Virus record (IMG/VR): IMGVR_UViG_3300025133_000062
Direction: 5' to 3' (one strand)
DNA length: 64,000 nt
From: an uncultured virus (IMG/VR IMGVR_UViG_3300025133_000062)
Lineage: Duplodnaviria > Heunggongvirae > Uroviricota > Caudoviricetes
Shown: positions 46,684 through 56,063 of the stretch, piece by piece
Position numbering within the stretch: position 1 is the stretch's first letter
How the letters are laid out: each line of letters opens with the position of its first letter
The notes under the pieces: generated by a model
The model's database searches: none
What the model was told of the DNA's origin: nothing
Seen by the model: the letters and a program-made list of their open reading frames with translations, nothing else
Position numbers and translations under genes: made by a program

Positions 46684-48963
46684 ATGGGATTTTGGTCTAG
46701 TTTATTTGGGTTTGATGATAAACCCGCTCCTCCTACAGTAGTTCAGCAAACTTCTAAAATACCTGAAGAACTGGCTCCTTTTGTTAAGGAAATATTAGGA
46801 GAAGCACAGACACTGTATGGAGCGCAGAAAGAGGAAGGGTACCAGCCCTATACTGAGGATACTATAGCTCCTCTTACTCCTGAAGAGATAAAGGCACAGG
46901 AAGGATTAGCAGGATTGGCTGGTTATGCTTATCAAGATACAGGTAAAGTAGATGATGCTGGTGAGCCTATTAAGAAACTTGTTCGGACAGGCCCGGGTGT
47001 AACACAGCCGTACTTACAAGAAGCTTTAGATATATATAGAACTGGAGCAGAGAAGTTTACACCTGAAGCTGCCCAGGAATATATGTCTCCTTATCAGAGA
47101 GCAGTTACTGATATTGAAAAGCGGGAAGCACAGAAAGTCTTTGAACGTGATATCATGCCAAGGTTTGAGCAACAGGCTGTTCAGGCAGGAGGTATGAGTG
47201 GTCTGGGCAGTAGGGCAGCTATTCAGGCAGGTCAGTTAGGACAAGCTCAAATGCAACAATTAGGAGATATAGAAGCCAAGGGATTACAAAGAGCCTATAT
47301 GGATGCTCAAAAACTTTATGCTGATCAGAAGGCTAGAGAAAGACAGTCGGCTGGAGATATTGCAACGACTGGACCGGCTATGCTTCAAGCTGGTTTAGCA
47401 GAGCAAGGTATTCTACAAGACATTGGGCAACAGAAAAGAGATATGGGACAGGCTGCACTAGACGAAGCTTACTATAGATTCTTAAAAGAACAAGCATATC
47501 CTCAAGATATTTTAGCTAGTTATTCTGGAACTACTTATGGTGCATCTCCTTTCGTTGGTCCTTCAGGAACTATAACAAAAACAGGAGGACAACCAAGAGG
47601 ACCAAGTCCGGGTCAACAGTTACTAGGTCTTGGTTTACAGGGACTTAATATTTATGGCATGGCAGGTGGCTTTGGAAGTAAAGGGCCAAGTTGGGGAACT
47701 TTAGGTAAAAGTATGGGGTATCCTATGAAAGCTGGAGGGGGTCTATCTAATATTTTACCTCCTGAAATAAGTATAGAAGATAGTATAAATATAGAAATGC
47801 AAAATCCTGAAAAAAGAAGGGGAAGACCTGCTGAAATATATGGAACAGAAGCAGAGATAGCTAGGAAAAGATTAGATGCTGAAAGAGATATTATTAAATC
47901 ATTGTGGCAACAAAAAGATTCTGGTATAAAAAATATACGAGAACAAGAACAAGCTGGTATTGATGCTACTAAAAGAATGTTAGAAGAGGCTGCTAAACAA
48001 AGAACAGAATCTCGAACAGATCTAAAAGATAAATTAGAAGGTATTGAAAGAAGGGGTCCAGGTATAAAAGGTATAGCTGATGCAACAACAGGAAAGAGAC
48101 AAAGTATTTGGAGTGCCTTAACTCAAATAGGTGATGAAACTATGAGGGCAGCACAAAAGTATTCTACAGAAGAAGCTAAAAGAGAAGCAGATAGAATTGG
48201 AAAACTTAGTGACCTAGAAAGAACAGATCTTGAAAAGCAGATAGCGGCACAACTTACTACTACACAAGAGGAGGGAAAATCTAAAACTAAAGAAACAAGT
48301 AAATTAGCTGAAGCAGCAGTGGCAGCTAATACCGCATATGGACAGTCTAGATTAAATAATTTAGATACAGTTGCAAAAAATAAATTAAAGAAAATAGTTG
48401 CCGATCATGATCTTTCAGATAAAATAACAAACTGGCCGTCTGAAAAACTTGATAAACTTCTTGATCTTGCGAAGAAGAAGTTAGATATTAAGAAACAAAG
48501 GAACGAAATTGAGAAACTTAAAGCAGAAACTATTGCTGAAACTAAAGGTACAAAAATTAAACCAGCAGTTTATGGTCAGATAAGAAATAATTTTGAAGCA
48601 TTATTAAAAACAGGAATTATTAGTGGAATATCTGATGGTAAAGGTGGTTTTATTATTAATAAAATTAAAGGTCAGTCTATTACACCAACAGAGTCTAAAA
48701 GAATTGCAAAAGTATTATCTGATGCAACAAAAATGATAGATGAGGGAGATCTCATAGGTAAGGTAACTGATTTTATGGCAAATGAAATATATGGAATTGC
48801 AGGAGTAGATCCAAAAAAACCTAAGACTAAGACTAAGGTAGATCCAAACGATCCATCAACATATATAAAAGGTGAAACTCAAATTAAAAATAAAGATGGT
48901 GTAGTAGTAGGAACATGGGATGGTAACAATTTTATAGATGCAGATGGTGAAATAGTAAAGTAA
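46684..48963 (+). CDS. DNA ejection/pilot protein
   Basis: QPYT..IAPLTP, YMSPYQRAV, QQLLGLG motifs; Gln/Ala-rich coiled coil. Confidence 0.7.
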   Translation: MGFWSSLFGFDDKPAPPTVVQQTSKIPEELAPFVKEILGEAQTLYGAQKEEGYQPYTEDTIAPLTPEEIKAQEGLAGLAGYAYQDTGKVDDAGEPIKKLVRTGPGVTQPYLQEALDIYRTGAEKFTPEAAQEYMSPYQRAVTDIEKREAQKVFERDIMPRFEQQAVQAGGMSGLGSRAAIQAGQLGQAQMQQLGDIEAKGLQRAYMDAQKLYADQKARERQSAGDIATTGPAMLQAGLAEQGILQDIGQQKRDMGQAALDEAYYRFLKEQAYPQDILASYSGTTYGASPFVGPSGTITKTGGQPRGPSPGQQLLGLGLQGLNIYGMAGGFGSKGPSWGTLGKSMGYPMKAGGGLSNILPPEISIEDSINIEMQNPEKRRGRPAEIYGTEAEIARKRLDAERDIIKSLWQQKDSGIKNIREQEQAGIDATKRMLEEAAKQRTESRTDLKDKLEGIERRGPGIKGIADATTGKRQSIWSALTQIGDETMRAAQKYSTEEAKREADRIGKLSDLERTDLEKQIAAQLTTTQEEGKSKTKETSKLAEAAVAANTAYGQSRLNNLDTVAKNKLKKIVADHDLSDKITNWPSEKLDKLLDLAKKKLDIKKQRNEIEKLKAETIAETKGTKIKPAVYGQIRNNFEALLKTGIISGISDGKGGFIINKIKGQSITPTESKRIAKVLSDATKMIDEGDLIGKVTDFMANEIYGIAGVDPKKPKTKTKVDPNDPSTYIKGETQIKNKDGVVVGTWDGNNFIDADGEIVK

Positions 48964-48964
48964 T

Positions 48965-51900
48965 ATGGTTGATAAGATTTCACAAATACCTGCTGGTTTT
49001 ACATTAGTAGAAGAGGATGACGAAGTAGAAGTAAAAGAAACTCCTACTATTACTGAAGTAAAAGAGACTTCAGCAGTACCTGCTGGTTTTACATTAGTAG
49101 AAGAGGATGACGAAGTAGAAGTAAAAGAAACTCCTACTATTACTGAAGTAAAAGAGACTTCAGCAGTACCTGCTGGTTTTACATTAGTAGAAGAAACAGA
49201 TGATGCTGTAAAAGAAACTACTACTAAAGTAGAAGAAAAAATACCTCCTAAAGGAGGAGGAGTAGCATCTCTTCCTAAACCTAAATCTAAAAAAGAAGAA
49301 CTGCAAAAACGAAGGGATATGGTATGGAGTGGTTTCGGTATGGGCATTCCTGGCTTGCTTCCTTCAGATCCTCTTTCCAGAATAGCTCCAACAGCAATAG
49401 GTAAGGTAGCTGGAAGTCCTTTTACGTCTTCACAATTTGTAGGTGAATTAGTTGCTCCTGAAACTACTAAAAAAGTAACAGACTGGGTAGGTAATATAGA
49501 TAAGGAACTTCAAAAAAATCAATTCTATAAATATATTAGAGATAGTTTAGTAGGAGAAGGGCTAACTGAAACTGAAGAAATTCTTAGTCGTATACCATCT
49601 TATCTTATTTTATCTAAAGCAGCACAAGCAGGATTAAAACAACTAACTAAAAAAATAACCAAAGACGAAAAAAAACTACAAAAAACATCATCAGTACTTG
49701 GTACTGGGTCAGGGTTTGTATTAGCAGATGTTATAACTAGAAAAGAAAATGAGCAAATGGCTCCTGATTTAGCTGAAGCTATTAATTTAATTTCGGGTGA
49801 ACCAGAAATTCTTGAAGAAGTAATAGATATAGCTAATCAGTTAAAAATTAATCCAGAAGATACAACACAACAGGCAAGAGCTAAACAATTAACTGATAGT
49901 GTAGCTACAACAGCTTTGTTTGCTCCTGTAGCTATTATTCTTGCAGCACCATTTAAACTTGGTAAGGTAACAGCAAAAGGCATACGAACTTTAAGAAATA
50001 AAAATAAAGCTATAGATGATGGTCTTACTACAGTTCCTGAAAATACTCCTACAGCTAGAGTAAATTCTTCAGAGGTAGTTGAGGAAGTTGTAGAAGAAGG
50101 AGCAGAACCTGTTCTTAAACAGAAGAATAAAATTACTCAGGTTCTTGCAGAAATTAATACCAAAGCTGGTAGAATGCTGGCATCAAATGCTTCTCTTCCT
50201 GCAAAAGTATTTAATGCTGCTCTTCAAAGATCAAGGGCTGATAAGGCATCTGATCTTGAAGTTAAGGTAGTTCTAGAAGATTTAGTAAAAATTCAAAAAC
50301 AAACAGGAGACTCTGACCAACTTCTTGCAAAATTTATTAATGAAGGTATAGATGCAGGTCTTGATCCTAGACTAAGAGAACAAGCTAATCTTGTAAAAAG
50401 AATGATTGTAAATAAAGAAGCTGAAATTAATAAGCTTCTAGGTTTAACAGGAAAGGATAAGATAGGTCTTGGTTTTAATAATGGTGATGTCTATTTTACT
50501 CGTATGTTTGAAGCTAACAATAATCCTACTTACTTAAAACAAATTCAGAAAGCATTGAAGGGTAAAAAAGTAGATAGTTCTTTTATATCTAAAGTAGAAG
50601 GAGCAAGAAATTATCTTAGAGGTAAAAAAGTACCTGAAGCAGAAATAGATGGTACGATTGCAGCTATGGTAAGAAGACTATCTGGTACTAAAGAAGAAGG
50701 TTTATTATCAAATATGTTTGAAGGTATGTCTAAAGAAATAGAAGGTGTTTCTTCTAGGGCTGCTCAAGTTTTAAGAAAAAGAGAAAATATAAAAGATCCT
50801 ATTCTTGATCTTCTTGGACAACAAAAAGATCCTATGGCAAAAATATCTTCTACTCTTTCAAATCAAAATAAAGTTATATCTGAATTACAATATTTAAGTG
50901 AAGTAGATAAATTTTTTAGAAGGAATATAGGTAAAGAGATTGAGCTTGGAGGATTGATTCCTAGACTAGGAGGAGCAAGAAAAAAGGTTGGAGGAAAAGC
51001 TCATGGTGTTGATGAACTTGAGAATCTACAAAAGCTTAGTGAAGAAGCTATTGGTCGTTTAGGTGGATCTACTAAATTATTACAAGATATATATGTTGAT
51101 CCACAAACTTATAGGTATATAAGCAGAGGATTAGATTTATTTAATCCTAAAGGAGGGGGATGGTTTAGTAATACTTTTTCTCAAATTGCAGCTTATGGTC
51201 AGGCTACCCAGACTATTCTAGATCTACCTGCTTATCTTATTAATACCTATGGTGCTACTCAAGCTTTAATATCTAATGGAGTACTTTTTAATACAGCTAT
51301 AGCTAAACAAGCTGCTATGTCAGCTAAAACATTTGGACAATCTCTAACTCCTGTTAGAAAAGGATTAGGACCAAATCGAAAAGCTCTTGAAAAACTGGAT
51401 AAATTAAAACGTGCAGGAGTTATAGATACAGATTTAACTTCTGAAATGATCTCACAAAATATTAATGTATATGGAAAACGAATTACTTCTAAAGCAGGTA
51501 AAGCAGGAGAACTTTATAGTAAAGGAATGCAGAAAGCTTCAACTGCTTATGGTTCTCCTGATACTTATTCTAAATTGCTGGCTTTTGAAGCTGAGAATGC
51601 AGCTTTAAAAAAGATATTTCCAAGAGTAGGTAAAGAGTCCATAAAAGAATATGATGACAGAATATTTAATATGGCAGCAGAAAGAGTAAGAGATACTATG
51701 CCTTCTTACTCTGTAGCAGCACCAGCAGCTAGATCATTATCTAGATTACCTTTTGGTACTTATGCTTTATTTCCTTCTGAAATGGTTAGAACAACCAAGA
51801 ACCAATTAAAGTATGCTTTTAGAGATCTTAGAGAAGGAACAAAAAATAAAAATATGGCTCAAGCTGCACATGGTTTAAAAAGATTAACTGGTTTAGGTAT

Positions 51901-53041
51901 TACAGGAGTTGGTACAGATTATGTTGTAAATGATAATAATGAACAGCTAGGAGTTACAGATATTAATAGTCGAGCTATTGATATGTTATCTCCTGATTGG
52001 GGAAAATCTGGAAAAAGATTTCATAATACTAATTTTATGGAAAATGAAGATGGAACAATAACTGCCAACTGGGTAAACTCTTATTCATTTGATGCACAAG
52101 ATTATCTTAAAGTTCCTATAAGAGCTATGACAGGAAAGATACTAGCTGGTAAAGAAGTTAGTGATGTAGAAATAGAAGATACAGTTGCTGGAATGGCAAA
52201 ATCTATTATTGGTCCTTATACAAATCCAAAATTTATAACTGAAGCTTTAATTAATTTAGCACAAAAAGAATTGTATTCAGACGTTCCGGGTGAAACAGGT
52301 ATTAGTAAAGAAAATCTTAAAAGAATCTGGGGTGAAATAGCTCCTGCTGTACAACCGGGAACCTTACAAATTATTAATAAGTATTTAGATTCTTTAACAT
52401 CAGAAGAAATTGAAGAACGTAGGATAGGTCAGAATAGATATGGATTTCCTCAATCATCAGAAGATATTCTTACTTGGATGTCTACAGGTCTAAGACCAAT
52501 CACAATTAACCTAGAAAAATCTATTGGCTTTAATATGTCTCAAGATATTAAAGGAGTTAAAAGTACAAAAGATGCTTTTATGAGAACACTAAAAGAATTA
52601 AAGGACCAGCCTTATACTCCTGAAATTAGAGAAGATTTAATGAATAGATATAAAGAACTTCAAGATGCTAAGTTTAAAGCTATGCAAGATATCTCAGATA
52701 AAGTACAAATATTTTCTCAGATATCTTATGAAGATAAGAACAATAAAAGTCAACCATTTGGTTTTGAAAAGGTTCTTAAATCAGCTACTGATGGATTTTA
52801 TTATGATATTCCTGATGAACTTATTTATGCTAAGAGAATAGGAGAAGGATTAGAGGCAGGAGGAGGAGTCTTTATGCCTGACTTACTGCATACAGATGAT
52901 AGATTAATAAGAGAACTTAGAAAGAAAAGTTTTGGTAATACTTTATTAGAGGATTTAGCTGGTGCATCAGCAGAATATGTAGGAAGAACTTTAAGAGAAA
53001 GTAAAAGTAAAATTCCTGAAGGATTTACTTTAGTAGAGTAA
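48965..53041 (+). CDS. Large ejection/internal virion protein
   Basis: 1358 aa; AAERVRDTMPSY...RLPFGTYALFPSEMVRT; N-terminal 30-aa repeats. Confidence 0.7.
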   Translation: MVDKISQIPAGFTLVEEDDEVEVKETPTITEVKETSAVPAGFTLVEEDDEVEVKETPTITEVKETSAVPAGFTLVEETDDAVKETTTKVEEKIPPKGGGVASLPKPKSKKEELQKRRDMVWSGFGMGIPGLLPSDPLSRIAPTAIGKVAGSPFTSSQFVGELVAPETTKKVTDWVGNIDKELQKNQFYKYIRDSLVGEGLTETEEILSRIPSYLILSKAAQAGLKQLTKKITKDEKKLQKTSSVLGTGSGFVLADVITRKENEQMAPDLAEAINLISGEPEILEEVIDIANQLKINPEDTTQQARAKQLTDSVATTALFAPVAIILAAPFKLGKVTAKGIRTLRNKNKAIDDGLTTVPENTPTARVNSSEVVEEVVEEGAEPVLKQKNKITQVLAEINTKAGRMLASNASLPAKVFNAALQRSRADKASDLEVKVVLEDLVKIQKQTGDSDQLLAKFINEGIDAGLDPRLREQANLVKRMIVNKEAEINKLLGLTGKDKIGLGFNNGDVYFTRMFEANNNPTYLKQIQKALKGKKVDSSFISKVEGARNYLRGKKVPEAEIDGTIAAMVRRLSGTKEEGLLSNMFEGMSKEIEGVSSRAAQVLRKRENIKDPILDLLGQQKDPMAKISSTLSNQNKVISELQYLSEVDKFFRRNIGKEIELGGLIPRLGGARKKVGGKAHGVDELENLQKLSEEAIGRLGGSTKLLQDIYVDPQTYRYISRGLDLFNPKGGGWFSNTFSQIAAYGQATQTILDLPAYLINTYGATQALISNGVLFNTAIAKQAAMSAKTFGQSLTPVRKGLGPNRKALEKLDKLKRAGVIDTDLTSEMISQNINVYGKRITSKAGKAGELYSKGMQKASTAYGSPDTYSKLLAFEAENAALKKIFPRVGKESIKEYDDRIFNMAAERVRDTMPSYSVAAPAARSLSRLPFGTYALFPSEMVRTTKNQLKYAFRDLREGTKNKNMAQAAHGLKRLTGLGITGVGTDYVVNDNNEQLGVTDINSRAIDMLSPDWGKSGKRFHNTNFMENEDGTITANWVNSYSFDAQDYLKVPIRAMTGKILAGKEVSDVEIEDTVAGMAKSIIGPYTNPKFITEALINLAQKELYSDVPGETGISKENLKRIWGEIAPAVQPGTLQIINKYLDSLTSEEIEERRIGQNRYGFPQSSEDILTWMSTGLRPITINLEKSIGFNMSQDIKGVKSTKDAFMRTLKELKDQPYTPEIREDLMNRYKELQDAKFKAMQDISDKVQIFSQISYEDKNNKSQPFGFEKVLKSATDGFYYDIPDELIYAKRIGEGLEAGGGVFMPDLLHTDDRLIRELRKKSFGNTLLEDLAGASAEYVGRTLRESKSKIPEGFTLVE
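48987..49194 (+). repeat. Perfect in-frame 90-bp tandem repeat (~2.3 copies)
   Basis: tacctgctggttttacattagtagaaga... starts at 48987, 49077 and 49167. Confidence 0.95.
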
Positions 53042-53054
53042 GTGAGATTTTATT

Positions 53055-53414
53055 ATGCTTGAACTAGGACCAAGGGAGCTTGTCACACTAGCAACAGTAC
53101 TGACAGGGTTGGCAGCTACATGGGGCGTACTAAAAACTACCATACGAGGAATTGTTTCTCAATTAGAAGAGGCCAAACAAGAATTAAGTGGATTAAATAC
53201 CAGACTGGATAAGGTAGAAGCAAAGATGGCAGTTGCTATTAGCAGTATTGATACTATGTCTAATGATATCCTGGCACCTCAAATTCTCAAGAAACAATCA
53301 GAGAGGGATGGTGCTGTAGAAGAGAGATTAAAAGCACTTGAACGTGAAATATCTTCTCTTCATGCTATGCACAATACTACCCATCCTCCTGTAGAATCAA
53401 AGAGTAAGGAATAA
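53055..53414 (+). CDS. N-terminal TM plus coiled-coil protein (lysis-associated?)
   Basis: LVTLATVLTGLAATWG; directly upstream of endolysin. Confidence 0.55.
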   Translation: MLELGPRELVTLATVLTGLAATWGVLKTTIRGIVSQLEEAKQELSGLNTRLDKVEAKMAVAISSIDTMSNDILAPQILKKQSERDGAVEERLKALEREISSLHAMHNTTHPPVESKSKE

Positions 53415-53791
53415 TGTGGGATTATTTTTCTTTTAGTGAATTAAAATGTAAAGGCACAGATGAATGTAATATGGATGAAGACTTCATGAAAAGGCTTGTT
53501 GATCTTCGCCATGAATTTAATGAACCAATGATTATAAGTTCTGCTTACAGACACATATCTTATAATCAGGTTATTGGAGGAGTAAAGAACTCTCCTCATC
53601 TGTATGGAAAAGCTGTTGATGTATTAGTAAGTGGTAAAGCAGCCTATCGATTAATGAAGATGGCAATGGAACATGGCTTTACTGGTATAGGAATATCACA
53701 GAAAGGTCCGCATGAGGGAAGGTTCCTGCATATAGATACAATGGATAACAGTGATATACATCCCAGACCTTGGATATGGAGCTATAAATAG
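53414..53791 (+). CDS. Endolysin, peptidase M15A
   Basis: ISSAYR, SPHLYGKAVD, FLHID. Confidence 0.9.
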   Translation: MWDYFSFSELKCKGTDECNMDEDFMKRLVDLRHEFNEPMIISSAYRHISYNQVIGGVKNSPHLYGKAVDVLVSGKAAYRLMKMAMEHGFTGIGISQKGPHEGRFLHIDTMDNSDIHPRPWIWSYK

Positions 53792-53851
53792 CTAAATGCT
53801 CTGTACGGGCCACACAGCCTCATACAGAAGAATTGGTGTTCTGACAAGGTA

Positions 53852-54313
53852 TTATTCATTTACTTCCTCTTCTCCACCCTCAGAGGCGCTCTCTGGCTCT
53901 GCTATTTCATCAAAACTACACTTAGCTAGTAGGTCATACACTTTGTCCTCACCAATAACATTCAGGCATCCAATAATAGCACTCTCAAGAGTCTCCTCAT
54001 CCATGTTGGCATGGACATCTGTATTGGCACCTCTTACTCTGGACAATAATTCAAGAGCTTTGATGGCACTGTTAGTATGTCCGTTAACTTTAGCATAGGA
54101 GTACTGGCTTTCAAGTTCTTCAATTACATTAACCTGTGTTTCAAGTTCATTCTCCAGTTCATTGATACGTTCCGTTATTTCATCTGATTGGAGCAGACGA
54201 TAACCTTGATTGTAAGCAGATGCTGGAGCATACCCTGCCGCCTTTGCTGCTTCGGTAGCATTCCGGTGCAGGATATAAGACTGTGCAAATTTCTCTTGTT
54301 TATCATTCAACAT
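53852..54313 (-). CDS. terS: Terminase small subunit-like protein
   Basis: LNDKQEKFAQSY...NATEAAKAAGYAPASAYNQGYRLL. Confidence 0.8.
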   Translation of the reverse strand: MLNDKQEKFAQSYILHRNATEAAKAAGYAPASAYNQGYRLLQSDEITERINELENELETQVNVIEELESQYSYAKVNGHTNSAIKALELLSRVRGANTDVHANMDEETLESAIIGCLNVIGEDKVYDLLAKCSFDEIAEPESASEGGEEEVNE

Positions 54314-54402
54314 TAAATATTTCTTTCCTTGCCGGATAAATATTTAGGCACGGGTTTGCCTTTTAATTTCCAACCCAGCCACTTCAGTAATCGTCTGATC
54401 AT
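54313..54402 (-). CDS. 29-aa cationic amphipathic peptide (not in ORF track)
   Basis: ATGA overlap with holin stop and TAATG overlap with terS; MIRRLLKWLGWKLKGKPVPKYLSGKERNI. Confidence 0.55.
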   Translation of the reverse strand: MIRRLLKWLGWKLKGKPVPKYLSGKERNI

Positions 54403-54803
54403 GTCTTCATGTTGTTTCGATGGACACCCTTATGTTTCTCAAAGGATCTCATAGAGCCTAGACCTAGCAGACTAAGAGTCAAGGGCATCAGTCCTTCTGT
54501 AGCCAAGACCGGCAATACTATAGCAGAACCAGAGACTGCAAATAACCAAACCATCACAGGCTGGAAAACAAACTGCCAGCCTAGACCAAAGGCACATATC
54601 CACATGATAGCCGGTCTAGCCCCAGCAATGAAAACAGATGGTGACTTAGCCTGTTCTATATTGGCCTGTGCCTGGGCAAGATCAAGAGAGATAATCTGTG
54701 ACTTCAGTTCCGCCTCAAGTTTTGTCTTCAGATCTTTATCTTCCACAAACTTGTCAAGGACTTTACCTGCCACTCCTACTACTGATTCTACAATGCCTAA
54801 CAT
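54399..54803 (-). CDS. 3-TM holin (GTA-release/DUF3154-like)
   Basis: VLDKFVEDKD, AGARPAIMWIC, LLGLGSMRSFEK. Confidence 0.85.
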   Translation of the reverse strand: MLGIVESVVGVAGKVLDKFVEDKDLKTKLEAELKSQIISLDLAQAQANIEQAKSPSVFIAGARPAIMWICAFGLGWQFVFQPVMVWLFAVSGSAIVLPVLATEGLMPLTLSLLGLGSMRSFEKHKGVHRNNMKT

Positions 54804-54816
54804 TGTTCTTCCTCCT

Positions 54817-55278
54817 TTACAACATTCCTGACTTAAAAAAATGTAAAATTTTCTTATTAATAGAAACTCTTTTATTATATTGCTTAGAGGTTAACTTTCT
54901 TTTTCTTTCTGTATCATATAAAAAATTGTACTCCCAATCATTAATTAAATTTTTATTAAAACAATATTCTATAGTAGAATTATTTAAAGATTTTTCTATA
55001 TCTTTAGATATTTTTTTTATATTGTTAAAAATTAAATTAGAAGATAAGTTAGTAAATTTATTTATACAAACATTTCCCACTAAGAGTATAATATCATTAT
55101 ATATATTTTTAATATAACATAATTCACAAATTGGTGAGTATCCACATATACAAGAGTTATTATTTTCTACTGGTTCCCACTCAATATGATCTAAATTCCA
55201 TTCTTCTTTGGCTACTTCCCATATATTACTTTCTGAATAATTTAAAAGATGCCGCATAAATATATTAATGTGGGACAT
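54817..55278 (-). CDS. Cys-rich (Zn-finger-like) hypothetical protein, very AT-rich
   Basis: WEVAKEEW...CICGYSPICELC...VGNVCINKF. Confidence 0.65.
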   Translation of the reverse strand: MSHINIFMRHLLNYSESNIWEVAKEEWNLDHIEWEPVENNNSCICGYSPICELCYIKNIYNDIILLVGNVCINKFTNLSSNLIFNNIKKISKDIEKSLNNSTIEYCFNKNLINDWEYNFLYDTERKRKLTSKQYNKRVSINKKILHFFKSGML

Positions 55279-56063
55279 TATTCTTTCCCCTTATCATGTA
55301 ATTGGATAACTCTTATCTTATTATTCTCATATGATAGTTTAAACCCCTTCAATTCTATCCTTCCTTCGGTATCAAACATGTCAAAGAAAATATAAATAAC
55401 TAAATGTTTGACATGCTCAGAACGAGCAGAGATTAATTCCAGCCAATCCAGATGGTGGAATAGAGATATATGAGCGTTGCTGCCATCAGCTAAAGTCTTG
55501 AGTGCTTTAAAGCAAGCTATGTTCAGGAACACCATCTTATCAGCATAGGAAAAAATCTCATCCAGAATCCAGATAAGATCTGTCTCCGGTACATGCTCAA
55601 GAACATCTGTGGAAATAACACAGTCAAACATTTCTCTGGGGAGTTCTTTGTGTTCCTCATAACCAGGATCAAAAAGACTGTAACTATTCAGATCCCAGAC
55701 TTCAGGAAGGGACTTGTCTAATTGATCAGTAACTGTAGAGAACTCATCCGTATAGAGATGCCCCTTCCCGCACCCATAGTCCAGCAATGTCTTACAATTA
55801 TTCTTTTCTATAAAACTATGGATTATATCCGTAAACTTCACCAAGCTTCTGCCATTAAACATACGATCAGATACCTTATGTATCTGGGTGTACTCTTCCA
55901 ATAGTTTTTTGTATTGAACAGAAGGATTATTTCTATCTAGGGAAGGATCAACCCCTATCTCCTTTCTCTCCAGAGGTTTTGCATTATTTAAAAACAACGC
56001 AGATGCCTGGGCTATAACTTCCCCAGGCTTGTACTCATCTGCTATGTGAATGTTACTCATCAT
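55278..56063 (-). CDS. Class I SAM-dependent methyltransferase
   Basis: LLDYGCGKG; FDCVISTDVLEHVPE. Confidence 0.9.
   Translation of the reverse strand: MMSNIHIADEYKPGEVIAQASALFLNNAKPLERKEIGVDPSLDRNNPSVQYKKLLEEYTQIHKVSDRMFNGRSLVKFTDIIHSFIEKNNCKTLLDYGCGKGHLYTDEFSTVTDQLDKSLPEVWDLNSYSLFDPGYEEHKELPREMFDCVISTDVLEHVPETDLIWILDEIFSYADKMVFLNIACFKALKTLADGSNAHISLFHHLDWLELISARSEHVKHLVIYIFFDMFDTEGRIELKGFKLSYENNKIRVIQLHDKGKE

Noticed and set aside
48856..49347. 163-aa antisense ORF with repeats, and many similar antisense ORFs throughout
   Set aside because: Shadows of the real genes on the opposite strand
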